A stretch of 64,000 bases of DNA from an uncultured Holophagales bacterium (GTDB taxonomy: Bacteria; Acidobacteriota; Thermoanaerobaculia; Multivoradales; UBA5704), in assembly GCA_963842525.1 (NCBI GenBank), contig CAWJGT010000024.1, forward strand, positions 32,001 through 96,000, given 5' to 3'. Position 1 is the stretch's first letter, and each line of letters begins with the position of its first letter. The position numbers and the translations under genes were made by a program. Below are positions 1-10,165 of this stretch, piece by piece. The notes beneath the pieces were generated by a model, which saw only the letters and a program-made list of their open reading frames with translations, was not told the origin of the DNA and did no database searches.

Positions 1-31
1 GGCCGCTGAAGAATGGCGATTCTACTACACT

Positions 32-1222
32 TCAGGCACGCGGGGTGAAGCGGCGGACGCGGGGAGTGGCGGCCTGCCCCTGGGCGGCGGGATCGCGGCC
101 GAGGACCTCGGTCTTGATCTCCTCGCGCTGGATCTCGGCGAGGCGCCGTGTGGCCCGGGCCAGACCCCTCTTGCGCATGGCGAGGATGACGAAGAACTCG
201 AGCGCCACCAGGGCGATCCCGAGCGTGGTGTCGCCGGTGAAGGCGACCAGGAGGGCCAGGACGCAGAAGGAGAGGACGACAGCGTAGATCACCGCCACGA
301 TGCGCGAGCGGGCGCCGCCGAAGTGGGAGAGCAGGTGGTGCAGGTGCTGGCGGTCGGCGTGGAAGATGCGCAGGACGCGGCCGGTGAGCGGCCCTTTGGG
401 ACGTTCGAGGAAGCGGACACCCATAACCAGCATTGCGTCCATGACCGGCACGCCGAGCGCCAGGATGGGGACCAGGATGGCCACCGCCGCCGGTGCCTTG
501 AGCGAGGAGTGGACCGTGGCCGCGGCGAGCAGGAAGCCGAGGGTCAGCGCTCCGGAGTCGCCCATGAAGATGCGGGCGGGCTCCCAGTTGTGGCGCAGGA
601 AGCCGATGCAGGAGCCCGCGGTGGCCGCCATCAGCAGCACGGTGCCGGGGTTGCCCTGGACGACGGCATAGACCAGCATGCTGGTCGAGATGATGGCGAC
701 GACGCCGCTGGCCAGGCCGTCGAGCCCGTCGATCAGGTTGATGGCATTGGTCACGGCAACGATCCAGACCACGGAGACGACCGGACCGAGGAGGCCCAGG
801 TAGACCTCGCCCACGAGCGGCAGCCGGAGGACCTCGAACGACCAGCCGATGCGCACCAGAAGACAGGCGGCGACGATCTCGAAGAAGAGCTTCTTGTATG
901 CCGAGACGCCGAGCAGGTCGTCGGCGACGCCGACCAGGAAGACCAGGCCGGTGCCGAGCATCAGCGCCACCATCTCGCCACGGTCCAGGCCTTCCCACTC
1001 GCCGAAGCGCGAGATCCCCGCCAAGCCGGCGCCCAGCGCGAGGCCGATGGCGATTGCGACCCCGCCCAGGCAGGGCACGGCCTTGGCCTGGTGCTTGCGC
1101 TCGTCGGGGTGGTCCAGGGCGCGCAACGCGATGGCGAGGCGCGTCACGGGCGGCACCATCAGGTTGGTGAGGAGGGCGGCGATGACGGCCGCGCCGAGGG
1201 CGTAAAAAAGAATGTCGTCCAT
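32..1222 (-). CDS. wecA: UDP-GlcNAc:undecaprenyl-phosphate GlcNAc-1-phosphate transferase (MraY/WecA/TagO family, initiating transferase)
   Basis: Polytopic membrane ORF with GVADD, NAINLIDGLDGL, IFMGDSG and HADRQHLHH motifs typical of the Glycos_transf_4 family. Confidence 0.9.
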   Translation of the reverse strand: MDDILFYALGAAVIAALLTNLMVPPVTRLAIALRALDHPDERKHQAKAVPCLGGVAIAIGLALGAGLAGISRFGEWEGLDRGEMVALMLGTGLVFLVGVADDLLGVSAYKKLFFEIVAACLLVRIGWSFEVLRLPLVGEVYLGLLGPVVSVVWIVAVTNAINLIDGLDGLASGVVAIISTSMLVYAVVQGNPGTVLLMAATAGSCIGFLRHNWEPARIFMGDSGALTLGFLLAAATVHSSLKAPAAVAILVPILALGVPVMDAMLVMGVRFLERPKGPLTGRVLRIFHADRQHLHHLLSHFGGARSRIVAVIYAVVLSFCVLALLVAFTGDTTLGIALVALEFFVILAMRKRGLARATRRLAEIQREEIKTEVLGRDPAAQGQAATPRVRRFTPRA

Positions 1223-1298
1223 CTACAGCACTACAGCACCAGACTGCCGCGAGAGTCCCGGTGGTGCGTTCCTTTCGTTGACCCTTAGGGGCTTGGCG

Positions 1299-2414
1299 CT
1301 ATTCTGGGGGGAAACGGGGCTGGATGCAAGTCCCGATCTCCTCCAGCGCCTGCGCCACCCCCGCCGGATGGCCCACGTCGATCCTCCTGTATAGGTCTTC
1401 CGGCAGGCCCTCGGCGCAGAGGAGGTGGACGTCCGAGGCCGGGCTGCCGACGAAGAGCACGCGGCGGCCGGAGCGGATGCAGCCGTGGACCTTGGAGGGG
1501 AGGACGTAGCCGACGAACTCGTCGCGCAGGGTGATGAGGTGGGCGTCCGGGGTGACCAGCAGGCGCGGCAGGAGGTCCAGGGGCACGGGCCGGCCGCGGT
1601 GGACCGGCAGCCCCTCGCGGCGCAGGATCTCCTCGACCCGGTCGGCCTTCGCGCCCGCAGCATTGAGCCAGAGGACGACGCGGCCCGAGCCGTCGCGGTG
1701 GTGGCGGCGGTAGCCTTCGACGAACGTTTCGTGGTCGTGGGCGACGCCGAAGTTGCCCGAGTAAAGGAGGACGGCCCGGCCGCGCAGCTCCTCCGGAACC
1801 TCCAGCGGCTCGGTGCCCGGCGGGATCTCGACCGGCGCGGGGTCGCGCTTGAGCACGATCCGCTCCGGACGGACGCCGATCTCCAGCAGGCGCCGCCGCT
1901 GGTCCTCGCCGAGCACCTCGAAGCCATGGACGCGGCGGCGCAGGGCCACGGTCCAGCGCTGGAAGAGCCGCAAAAGCGCGGGCGCGCGGCCCAGCTCGGC
2001 GATCAGGCACTCGGGATGGAAGTCGGTGATGCGGTAGGTGAGCCGCTTCCGGAAGAGGAGGTTGAGCGGCACCAGGAGCTGGATCAGGAAGGGGGGGCTT
2101 CCCGTGAAGAGGACCTCGTCCGCCCGGCGGATCTCGCGGCGCAGCGCCCAGACGAGGCCGAGGTCCGTGCGCAGCGTCCACAGGGCGCGCCGCTTGAAGT
2201 CGGCCCGGTCGTAGAGCGCGGCGCGGCGGCGGACGATGCGCAGCCGGCCGCGGCCGACCGCCTCCTCCTCGACCGAGCCGGCGGTCGAGGAGAGCCCGGC
2301 GAGCACCACGTCCTCGCCGGCGGCGGCGCGCTCGCGGGCGAAGAGCAGGCTGTACTGGCCGACGGCGCCGAAGTCCGGCGGCAGCCAGTCGCAGAGGTAG
2401 AGGAGGCGGTGCAC
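1299..2414 (-). CDS. Glycosyltransferase family 4 (WcaI-like)
   Basis: DWLPPDFGAVGQ N-terminus, TGSPPF, LYSGNFGVAH and VLPSK motifs; GT-B fold. Confidence 0.8.
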   Translation of the reverse strand: MHRLLYLCDWLPPDFGAVGQYSLLFARERAAAGEDVVLAGLSSTAGSVEEEAVGRGRLRIVRRRAALYDRADFKRRALWTLRTDLGLVWALRREIRRADEVLFTGSPPFLIQLLVPLNLLFRKRLTYRITDFHPECLIAELGRAPALLRLFQRWTVALRRRVHGFEVLGEDQRRRLLEIGVRPERIVLKRDPAPVEIPPGTEPLEVPEELRGRAVLLYSGNFGVAHDHETFVEGYRRHHRDGSGRVVLWLNAAGAKADRVEEILRREGLPVHRGRPVPLDLLPRLLVTPDAHLITLRDEFVGYVLPSKVHGCIRSGRRVLFVGSPASDVHLLCAEGLPEDLYRRIDVGHPAGVAQALEEIGTCIQPRFPPE

Positions 2415-2440
2415 CGTGACGGCCCGCGCCGGGAGTCGCG

Positions 2441-3199
2441 TCAGCCTCGAGCCGGGGCCGTTGCTGTGGCCAGCCGGTCGCTGGCCTGCAGCAGCGTCAG
2501 CCCGTGCCGGAGCGCTCGGTCGGAGTGCAGGTGGAGCTGCGAGAGCTCTGGATGGGTGTCGCGCAGCCAGTTGACGAACCGCCGCTCTTCATCCCAGGGC
2601 GCGTACTCCTCGGCGGAGAGCCATCCTTGGGGGCGGTCCGCCGCCCAGACGAGGTGCTCGGGCCGCATGTGGGTGCGCCGCCAGGTCCCGGTGTCGTGGA
2701 CGGCGAGGATCGCGCACGGCGCCAGACAGGGCCACAGCTTCTCGAACGTGGCGACGTTGAGGCCAAGGTCGTGGGCCGCATCCAGGAGGACGAAGTCGAT
2801 CTCTTTCCCTCCCACGTCCGCCGGTACGAAGCTCTCCTGCGGCTTGTGGTGATAGTGGAACTTGCTGGTGCCGGCGAAGAGCCGCGCCGCCATCTGTGCA
2901 GCGCCCTCTGTGACGTCATAGCTGTGGAGCTCGCCGTCGGACGGCAGGGCGAGCAGGAAGTTGAGTGCACTATGGCCGCGGTGGAAGCCGAACTCCACGA
3001 TCACGCGCGGCCGCAGGACGCGCACCAGCGCGAAGAGCAGCAGAGCCTCCTCCCGTTGGATTGGCCCGCAGGCCGCCTCCTCCTTGAAAAACCGGAGGTG
3101 GCTGAGATCCGGCCGGCCAGGGAGGACACCCACGAGCTCGCGCAGCCCGCGCGAGCGTACAAACGCTCGACGAGCCCAGAGCTGAAGCTTCTCGAGCAC
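2441..3199 (-). CDS. Class I SAM-dependent methyltransferase (Methyltransf_24-like)
   Basis: IVEFGFHRGHS SAM-binding motif, IDFVLLDAAH, LAVHD. Confidence 0.8.
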   Translation of the reverse strand: MLEKLQLWARRAFVRSRGLRELVGVLPGRPDLSHLRFFKEEAACGPIQREEALLLFALVRVLRPRVIVEFGFHRGHSALNFLLALPSDGELHSYDVTEGAAQMAARLFAGTSKFHYHHKPQESFVPADVGGKEIDFVLLDAAHDLGLNVATFEKLWPCLAPCAILAVHDTGTWRRTHMRPEHLVWAADRPQGWLSAEEYAPWDEERRFVNWLRDTHPELSQLHLHSDRALRHGLTLLQASDRLATATAPARG

Positions 3200-3208
3200 G
3201 GGGCCGCC

Positions 3209-4228
3209 CTACCGTTCGGTGAGCATTTCCTCGAGGTACCCGCTGACCGCCTCCCGTTCGCGGGACCCGAAGTACCAGTCGATGGTGCGGTGCAGGCCGT
3301 CCATGAACTTCATCCGCGGCTCCCAGCCCAGGAGCTCGCGGGCCAGGCGGTTGCTCGCCACCCGGTTGAGCGGGCCGGTGGGCATGTGGGGGAGGAGCTT
3401 GACCTCCGCGCTGTGGCCGGTATAGCGCAGGACCTCGCGGACCGCGTCGATCACGCGGGTGCGCTCCTCGGTCCCCAGGTTGACCGCGGTGCCGTCGTCG
3501 ATCTTCTCGGCGGCGAGCACCATGCCGCTCACGATGTCGCCCACGTAGGTCCAGTTGCGGATCTGGGTGCCGTCGCCCCAGACCTCGAACGGGTCCTGGC
3601 GCACGAAGGCGCGGGCGATCATGGCGATCACCGCGTGGTTCTCGACGCCCCTTTCCCCATAGACCGTGAAGAACCGGCAGGACGCCGCCTTGAGGCCGAA
3701 GTCGCGGGCGTAGGCCTTGAGGGTCATCTCGGTCATCAGCTTGGCCCAGCCGTACATGTTGTCGGCGTCGTAGGGCGGGCCCACCATCTCCTCGGTGAGG
3801 TAGAGCTCCTGGTCGACGTCGCCCTGGAGGAAGTTGGGGTAGACGCAGCCGGAGGAGGCGAAGACGAATTTGCCGGCGCCGGCCTCGTGGGCGGCCTTGA
3901 TCAGCATGCCGTCCATCGCGAGGTTCTGCGCGCAGGCTGCCTGGTGGAGGTCGACGAAGCCGCGCCCGCCGTGAATGGCGGCGAGGTGGAAGACGACGTC
4001 GATCCCCTCGACCATGCGCTGCGGCACGCCGGGGTGGAGGAGGTCCTCGCGATGGAATTCCACGACGCCGGAATCGAGATGGGTTTGGATGTTGGCGAGC
4101 CTGCCGCTCGTCAGGTCGTCGACCACGCGGATCGAGCGGGCGCCTTTGTCCACGAGCAGGTCGATCAGATGGGAGCTGATGAAGGAGGCCCCCCCGGTGA
4201 CCAGGATGCGCTGCTGAGTCCAATCCAT
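3209..4228 (-). CDS. NAD-dependent nucleotide-sugar epimerase/dehydratase
   Basis: ILVTGGASFISSHL Rossmann motif and YGWAK catalytic YxxxK; start moved to ATG 4228, which follows a GGGAGG SD. Confidence 0.9.
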   Translation of the reverse strand: MDWTQQRILVTGGASFISSHLIDLLVDKGARSIRVVDDLTSGRLANIQTHLDSGVVEFHREDLLHPGVPQRMVEGIDVVFHLAAIHGGRGFVDLHQAACAQNLAMDGMLIKAAHEAGAGKFVFASSGCVYPNFLQGDVDQELYLTEEMVGPPYDADNMYGWAKLMTEMTLKAYARDFGLKAASCRFFTVYGERGVENHAVIAMIARAFVRQDPFEVWGDGTQIRNWTYVGDIVSGMVLAAEKIDDGTAVNLGTEERTRVIDAVREVLRYTGHSAEVKLLPHMPTGPLNRVASNRLARELLGWEPRMKFMDGLHRTIDWYFGSREREAVSGYLEEMLTER

Positions 4229-4292
4229 CGAGGAGACCTCCCTTCGAGAGCTGCCGGGCGGATGAAGCGCGTAGTGTATGCGAGGAAGCCGG

Positions 4293-5207
4293 TCAGCGGT
4301 AGTGCTCGGTGCCATGGCGCAGGGCCGCCCGGCGTCCGGCGAGCTTGTCGGCGAGGTCCTCGGGCCGCCGGACGAGGAGGCGCCCGGCCAGGCGCAGGAG
4401 CAGGATTTCGAAGCGGAGCCGGGCCAGGACGAGCGCGCGCACCAGCCGCGGCCGGCGGATCTTGCCGGACTTGCGCAGCAGCAGCCAACGGGTCTTGTGG
4501 AAGCGCAGGACGCGCTGGCTCGTGGCCTGCGGCGCGCCCGATCCCTGGTGAAAGGCGACGATCTCGGGCGCCGCCTCGACCCGCCAGCCGGCCCGGTGGG
4601 CGCGCATGCAGAGGTCGAGGTCGAGGTCCAGCCAGTCGAAGGCCTCGTCGAAGCCGCCCAGCGCTTCGAAGGCGCTCTTGCGCACCGCCATGGCGCAGGT
4701 GAAGACGCAGAGCGGCGCGCCGCGGTCGAGGAACCGGCGCAGGCGGGCGTGGAGCCGCTGGCCGAGCACGAGGCTGGCCACTCCGGGCTCGGGCTCGCTG
4801 GAGCCGGTGGGCCTCCCCTGGGCGTCGACGGTGGCGAAGCCGAGGATACCGAGGCGCGGGTCCGCGGCGAACCGGCGGAGGGCCGGTCCGGCGAAGCCGG
4901 TCAACGGCCAGGCGTCGGAGTCGAACAGCACCACGACGTCGGCGCCGACGGCTCGGATGCCCAGGTTCAGGGAGCGCACGAGGCCGAGGTTGCGCGGGTT
5001 GACGTGCAGGCGGACGGGCCCGTCCAGGGTTTCCAGCCCGTCCGGCGCCGGGGCGCTCGAATGGTCGTCCACGACGAGGACGTCCAGGGAGCCGTGCAGG
5101 TCCCCGGCGGTGGCGAGCACCTGGCCGAGGCAGCGGCGGGTGAGGTCCCAGGTCTCGTAGTTGGTGACCACCACCCCCACGGTGCGGGGCTCCGAAGGCT
5201 CTTTCAC
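4293..5207 (-). CDS. Glycosyltransferase family 2 (WbbL/rhamnosyltransferase-like)
   Basis: C-terminal part of the 4293..7892 ORF: VVVTNYET, VVDDHS, NLG, LFDSD, GGFDE, DLDLCMR; GTG 5207 overlaps the upstream stop (GTGA). Confidence 0.85.
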   Translation of the reverse strand: MKEPSEPRTVGVVVTNYETWDLTRRCLGQVLATAGDLHGSLDVLVVDDHSSAPAPDGLETLDGPVRLHVNPRNLGLVRSLNLGIRAVGADVVVLFDSDAWPLTGFAGPALRRFAADPRLGILGFATVDAQGRPTGSSEPEPGVASLVLGQRLHARLRRFLDRGAPLCVFTCAMAVRKSAFEALGGFDEAFDWLDLDLDLCMRAHRAGWRVEAAPEIVAFHQGSGAPQATSQRVLRFHKTRWLLLRKSGKIRRPRLVRALVLARLRFEILLLRLAGRLLVRRPEDLADKLAGRRAALRHGTEHYR

Positions 5208-7141
5208 CGGCGGCTCCGCAGGCTCTCCTGGATGAGCTCGGGGCGGACGCAGAAGTGGACGGCCAGGCGCGCCAGGCCCCAGCCCGTCCGGCGGGAGACC
5301 GCGCGCACCGAGGCGGCATTGCGCCGCGGCCAGGACTGGCCTCCCTGGTCGATGCGGAAGCCCGCGCCCAGGTCGCCCGGCCGGCGGGCGCAGAGCCCGT
5401 CGAGCAGCAGGGAGGTCGCGGGCAGGGGGGCGTCCCAGGGCAGGGTCGCGGGCCAGGGGGCCGAGTCGACGCTCACCCCGGGGCGGGCCCTGGGCAGGAA
5501 GACCCGCACGCCGCCGCACACGCGGACCGTCTCCAGGGGCGGGGCCGGCAGCGGGTGGAAGCCATGATCGGGGCCGGGCGGCGTGAAAAAGAGCCGGGCC
5601 AGGGCCGTCCCGGGGGGATCGGCACCCCGGTAGCGGACGCCGTACCAGGCCTGGAATGCGAGAGGCGCCGCGGCCAGCACGAGGACGGCGGGCCCGACGA
5701 GCGCCCGCCGGCGCGCCGCCGCCGCCAGGACCGGCGGCAGGAGCAGCGCCGCGGCCTGGGCGCAGAGCACCCAGAAGAGGAAGAGCCCGTAGCGGAAGGC
5801 GGGGGCGAGGACGAACCAGGCCGGCAGGGCCACGGCCAGGGGCAGCAGGAGGACCGGCGCGTGGCGGGGCCGCGGCCGGCCGGCCGCCAGCCAGAGCGCG
5901 ATCCACACCGCCGTGAGCAGCAGCGGCACGAGGCCTTCGTGCAGGGCGGGGCGGAGCTCGACCCGTAGCCAGTAGGGCAGCCAGTTGGTGGCGTCCTGGT
6001 GCAGCATGCGGTCCCAGGCGCCGGGCGTCCGCGTATAGGCGCGGGTCCACCAGACCATGCCCGTGCCGTGCTCCGCCGGCAGCCGCCAGTCCACGTCGAA
6101 GGCGGCGGCGGTGGAAGGGAAGAGGGGATAGCCGCTGAGCAGGACGTTGCGCGCCAGCCAGGGCACGCCCGCGGCGAGCGCGAAGGCGACGGCTATGACC
6201 AGAGGACGGACGGCGGCGCGGCGCCGCGGCACGAGAGCGGCGCCCAGGACCACGATCCAGGCCGCGGCGGCGAAGATCCCGGCGGTGGCCTTGAGGCATG
6301 GCGTCACCGACAACAGGAGGAGGGCCGCGAACAGGCGCGGCTCGGCCTCCTCGCGCGGGCGGCCGTCGCCCAGGGCCTCGACGGCGAGGCAGCAGGCCGC
6401 GAGCACGGTCAGGCTGGCCGGCACGTCCGTGGTCAGGCTGGAGACCCAGACGCCGTTGCCGCGGTTCACGATCATGACGGCGGGATAGACCAGGACCGCC
6501 GCGAAGAGCCGGCCGGGAGTGGGCATCTCCCGGGAGGCCAGCAGCTCTCCGATGCGGCGGGCGACCAGGAGGAAGAACAGGACCAGCACGAAGCCGTTGG
6601 CGAAGTGGCTGCTCCGGCCGGTCCCCGGACCCTGCTCCAGGAGCGCCGGGAAGAGGAGCCCCGACAGGTTGACGCCGTAGACCGGGTTCAGGTTGGCCAG
6701 GCCGGGGACGACCGGGAAGCTGTCGAACCAGCGGACCAGCGTGAGGTGGTAGTTGGCGCTGTCGTAGCCGGCGCCGGGGCCGGCCGCGCGGTCGGCCACC
6801 CAGAGGGCGAGGAGGGCCGTGAGGACCACCACCGAGCGCGGCCACCGGAAATCCTCGCCTCCCTCCTTCCTGCCCGGGCCGCGGAGTCCGGCCAGCCAGC
6901 CCGCCAGGCTCGCCGCGGCCAGGGCCGCCAGGGCGCGGGCGTCCACCGGCAGCGCGAAGTGCCAGACCTGGAGCGCGGCCAGGGCCGCGGCGTAGCCGAT
7001 CCAGGCGGCGAGGACCAGGTCCGCGGGACCGGACCGGCTCCCGCAGCCGGCGCGCAGGAGGCCCAGCCCCAGACCGGCGCAGAGGAGGAACAGGCCCCCC
7101 CAGACCGCCAGGATGCAGGCCATGGCGAAGGCGAGCGTCAT
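5204..7141 (-). CDS. Polytopic membrane protein, putative GT-C-type (lipid-linked donor) transferase, LIC_10190-like
   Basis: More than 10 hydrophobic segments; YDSANYH...PVVPGLANL and RNVLLSGYPLFP motifs; ATG 7141 overlaps the upstream stop (ATGA). Confidence 0.6.
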   Translation of the reverse strand: MTLAFAMACILAVWGGLFLLCAGLGLGLLRAGCGSRSGPADLVLAAWIGYAAALAALQVWHFALPVDARALAALAAASLAGWLAGLRGPGRKEGGEDFRWPRSVVVLTALLALWVADRAAGPGAGYDSANYHLTLVRWFDSFPVVPGLANLNPVYGVNLSGLLFPALLEQGPGTGRSSHFANGFVLVLFFLLVARRIGELLASREMPTPGRLFAAVLVYPAVMIVNRGNGVWVSSLTTDVPASLTVLAACCLAVEALGDGRPREEAEPRLFAALLLLSVTPCLKATAGIFAAAAWIVVLGAALVPRRRAAVRPLVIAVAFALAAGVPWLARNVLLSGYPLFPSTAAAFDVDWRLPAEHGTGMVWWTRAYTRTPGAWDRMLHQDATNWLPYWLRVELRPALHEGLVPLLLTAVWIALWLAAGRPRPRHAPVLLLPLAVALPAWFVLAPAFRYGLFLFWVLCAQAAALLLPPVLAAAARRRALVGPAVLVLAAAPLAFQAWYGVRYRGADPPGTALARLFFTPPGPDHGFHPLPAPPLETVRVCGGVRVFLPRARPGVSVDSAPWPATLPWDAPLPATSLLLDGLCARRPGDLGAGFRIDQGGQSWPRRNAASVRAVSRRTGWGLARLAVHFCVRPELIQESLRSRR

Positions 7142-9342
7142 GACGGCCGCCCGGCCCGCGGACGCAGGAGCAGATAGCGGGCGTTGGCGAAGAGGAGCGC
7201 CGGATCCTCGTACAGCCCGAGGCCGGCCCGCTCGCGCTCCAGCACCACGAGGTCGGCGCCCAGGACCTCCGCGATCCGCCGCGCCGCCACGGCGTCCACG
7301 GGCTGCGCCAGGTACGCCCCGGCCTGGCGGAGGGCCGAGCGGGCGGCCCGCATGGCCTGTGGGTTGGCGTAGGACAGGGTGACCGGGTCCTTCCACATAT
7401 AAGCCAGCGGGACGTAGAGCTGGCGCAGGAAGTCGAGGTCGTCCGGGATGGCCACCACCTCGCCGGGGCGGCGCAGCGCCTGCAGGGCATGGACCAGCTC
7501 GAGGCGGGCAAGGGGCACCTCGGGGGGCCGTCCACGCAGCAGGCGCAGGCTCGATCCCGAATGCACCGCCATGTCGCGCGCCGAGACGGCCAGCGAGCCG
7601 CCGTAGCAGGCGAGGAGGAGGGCGCAGCCGGCGAGCGCCGCCGCCCGTTCGCCGAAGGCCCCGGCGACCAGGGGCCGGCCGTCCCAGGAGAGGCGCATCC
7701 GGCCGCCGAGGCGGCGTCTTGTCGACCTGTGGCAACGCACCGCCAGCCCCAGGGAGGCGACCAGGAGGACGTCGACGTAGCGCAGGCCGCGGATGAGGTC
7801 GGTCTGAAGCGGCAGCCGGCCCGCCGCCGCGGCCAGCGCCCAGTCGACGGCGGGCACGGCGAAGACCACGAGGCAGAAGCCGGCCAGCGCACCCCAGAAG
7901 AAGCGCAGGCCGTCCCGGCGATCGTTCCGAGATTGGGTGGACCGCAGGGTCTGCCAGGCCAGGAAGGCCAGGACTGCGAAGAAGAGCCAGAACCGCGGGT
8001 GGCCCAGGACCATGTGGAGGGCGTCCGCGTAGAACACCCGCGGCACGAAGCCGGGCCGGAACGCGGCCAGCTCCGCGAGGCCTCCCCCGCCGGCAGGGGC
8101 GGGCTGCTTCGTGACCAGGACGAGGGTGTAGGGGGCCATGACGGCGAGGGTGACCGCCGCGGCCGCCACGGCGCCCGCCAGGCGGGAGCGCAGCGGCGCC
8201 GGCCCCCCCAGCAGGAGCCCCAGCAGGAGGGCTCCCGACAGCACCGGCGAGCTCACGGGGTGCACGTAGAAGAGGAGGGCCGCGGCGCCGGCCGGAAGCC
8301 ACCAGAGGCGCGGCCGGGCACGCACGCGCAGGGCGAGGAGGACGACCCAGGGGAGGAGGGCGGTGAACAGGGTGCGCGGCCGCACCTGGGAGAACGACCA
8401 GTGCTCGTCCGGCGGGTAGCTCGCGGCGAGCAGGGCGAGGCTCAACGTGGCCAGGAAGCCGAACAGCCGGGAGCGCGAGGCCCGGGACAGCAGGAGGTCG
8501 TACCCCACGAGGCCGATCAACGTGCCGAAGAAGGCGAAGACCGCCACGCTGACGTCATAGGGGAAGCCCAGGGCGTGGATGCCGCGGGCGGCGGCCACGT
8601 AGAGGGGGGTGTACCAGGTGAAGTTCCGCGGCTCGGCGAGGAGCGCGTCGCGGGTGAAGGCGGCGGGCCGGTCCAGGGCCGCGGCGAACGAATTGATGGA
8701 CGCGTTGTCGGTGTCCCCGCTCAGCCAGGGGGACCCCGGAAAGTGGGTGACGAACGAGACCGCGGCCAGGGCGAGGTAGAAGAGACCCTTCGCCGTGCCG
8801 GCCAGCGGCCGGAGCCGCGTGCCGGCCCGGAGCCGGATCAGCCGGGAAGCGCAGAGCGCGAGCCCGGCGAGCACGGCCAGGGCAACGGCGAGCCCGGCGC
8901 GGCGGAAGAACGGCTCGCGCGCCGGCGGCACCTCCAGGCGCAGGACGAGGTCCCGCGGGCGAAAGGCCTCCGGCGGCAGCACGACCTCGCAGCGCTCGCG
9001 GACCTGCAGGTAGTCGTCCCGCGGCGACCAGAGCACGGCCCGCCGGTTCGTCTCGAACGTGGCTCGGGACAGCACCCGGGGCGCCGCCACCTCGCCGGTC
9101 CGCCGGTCCACCACCTCGGCCTTGGGAGGCCGGCCGTCCCAGTGCAGGCGGAAGGGCGGCCTCGTCTCCACGGAGCCGCGGAGCAGGCCGCGCCAGGGCT
9201 GGAACACGGCGCGCTCCAGCGGGATCTCGACGACCTCCATGGCGGCCAGCCGGCGGAAGGCGAGACCGGCCGCGATCACGCAGATCCCGGCGGCAAGCAG
9301 GAGGCCGGCCGCAGCCAAGGCGAGGCCGCGCGTCCCGCTCAC
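7138..9342 (-). CDS. Large polytopic membrane protein with an N-terminal extracytoplasmic domain (possible GT-C-like polysaccharide-modifying enzyme)
   Basis: N-terminal TM, a soluble segment, then many TM helices; probable GTG start at 9342 within the 7138..9471 ORF. Confidence 0.55.
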   Translation of the reverse strand: MSGTRGLALAAAGLLLAAGICVIAAGLAFRRLAAMEVVEIPLERAVFQPWRGLLRGSVETRPPFRLHWDGRPPKAEVVDRRTGEVAAPRVLSRATFETNRRAVLWSPRDDYLQVRERCEVVLPPEAFRPRDLVLRLEVPPAREPFFRRAGLAVALAVLAGLALCASRLIRLRAGTRLRPLAGTAKGLFYLALAAVSFVTHFPGSPWLSGDTDNASINSFAAALDRPAAFTRDALLAEPRNFTWYTPLYVAAARGIHALGFPYDVSVAVFAFFGTLIGLVGYDLLLSRASRSRLFGFLATLSLALLAASYPPDEHWSFSQVRPRTLFTALLPWVVLLALRVRARPRLWWLPAGAAALLFYVHPVSSPVLSGALLLGLLLGGPAPLRSRLAGAVAAAAVTLAVMAPYTLVLVTKQPAPAGGGGLAELAAFRPGFVPRVFYADALHMVLGHPRFWLFFAVLAFLAWQTLRSTQSRNDRRDGLRFFWGALAGFCLVVFAVPAVDWALAAAAGRLPLQTDLIRGLRYVDVLLVASLGLAVRCHRSTRRRLGGRMRLSWDGRPLVAGAFGERAAALAGCALLLACYGGSLAVSARDMAVHSGSSLRLLRGRPPEVPLARLELVHALQALRRPGEVVAIPDDLDFLRQLYVPLAYMWKDPVTLSYANPQAMRAARSALRQAGAYLAQPVDAVAARRIAEVLGADLVVLERERAGLGLYEDPALLFANARYLLLRPRAGRPS

Positions 9343-9388
9343 GGCGCGGCCCGCCGCGACACGGCCTTGGCCGGATCGGATAAATCCA

Positions 9389-10159
9389 TCATGCTCCGGC
9401 GGGCGGCACGGCGAGGGTGTTCCACGGGGGCACCGCCAGCGGCTGTCGGAGGTCCGGAGCTGCTGCCGCATCGAACAGGGTATAGCTGTGTCGGCGGAGC
9501 AGATCGCCCACGGCTCTGCTGTTCGCCTCGGTGACCTCGAGGAGAAGGACCGGCCGGACCATGGACAGCAGCCGCTCCGCGCCCTGGAGGCATAGGTCTT
9601 CGGCCCCTTCCACGTCGATCTTAACCAGCCCGGGAGCCGGAAACCAGTCCAGGAGCCCGTCGAGGGTGACCGTCACTACCTTGCGGGTCTCGCGCTGGCC
9701 GCCGGTCTGGGTGGAGCCGGGGAGGCTCTGCAGGTAATTGCCGGCCCGCCCGCGCTCGGCAATGCAAAGCTCGGCAATCCCGGGGCGGTCGGCCACAGCG
9801 GCAGCGAGGACATCGACTGGCGCATAGCTCGGACCGGCTGTGGCTGCGGACCGGCGCACCAGGGCGGCCAGCCAGTCGTCCGCCTCGACGGCCAGGACGC
9901 GGCCGAAGGGGCCGGCGCGGTGGGCTGCGGCGAAGGCGAAGAGGCCGACGTTTGCGCCCACGTCCCATACCGTCGCACCCGGATTCACCAGATCCCTTGC
10001 CCACTGCAGCAGAAGGGGGTCGACCTGGGCGAGGTCCCGCCTCCACAGCTTGAGGGCCGCGTCCGGAGAGACGTACAGCGCGTGCCCGCCGTGCTCACTG
10101 GGCAGCCGTCGGCGCAGGACGCGGCCCCGGCTCAGCTTTTCGAGGAGGGATCGGATCAA
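9389..10159 (-). CDS. FkbM-family methyltransferase
   Basis: VWDVGANVGLF, LVKIDVEGAE, RPVLLLEV. Confidence 0.9.
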   Translation of the reverse strand: MIRSLLEKLSRGRVLRRRLPSEHGGHALYVSPDAALKLWRRDLAQVDPLLLQWARDLVNPGATVWDVGANVGLFAFAAAHRAGPFGRVLAVEADDWLAALVRRSAATAGPSYAPVDVLAAAVADRPGIAELCIAERGRAGNYLQSLPGSTQTGGQRETRKVVTVTLDGLLDWFPAPGLVKIDVEGAEDLCLQGAERLLSMVRPVLLLEVTEANSRAVGDLLRRHSYTLFDAAAAPDLRQPLAVPPWNTLAVPPAGA

Positions 10160-10165
10160 CGTCCA

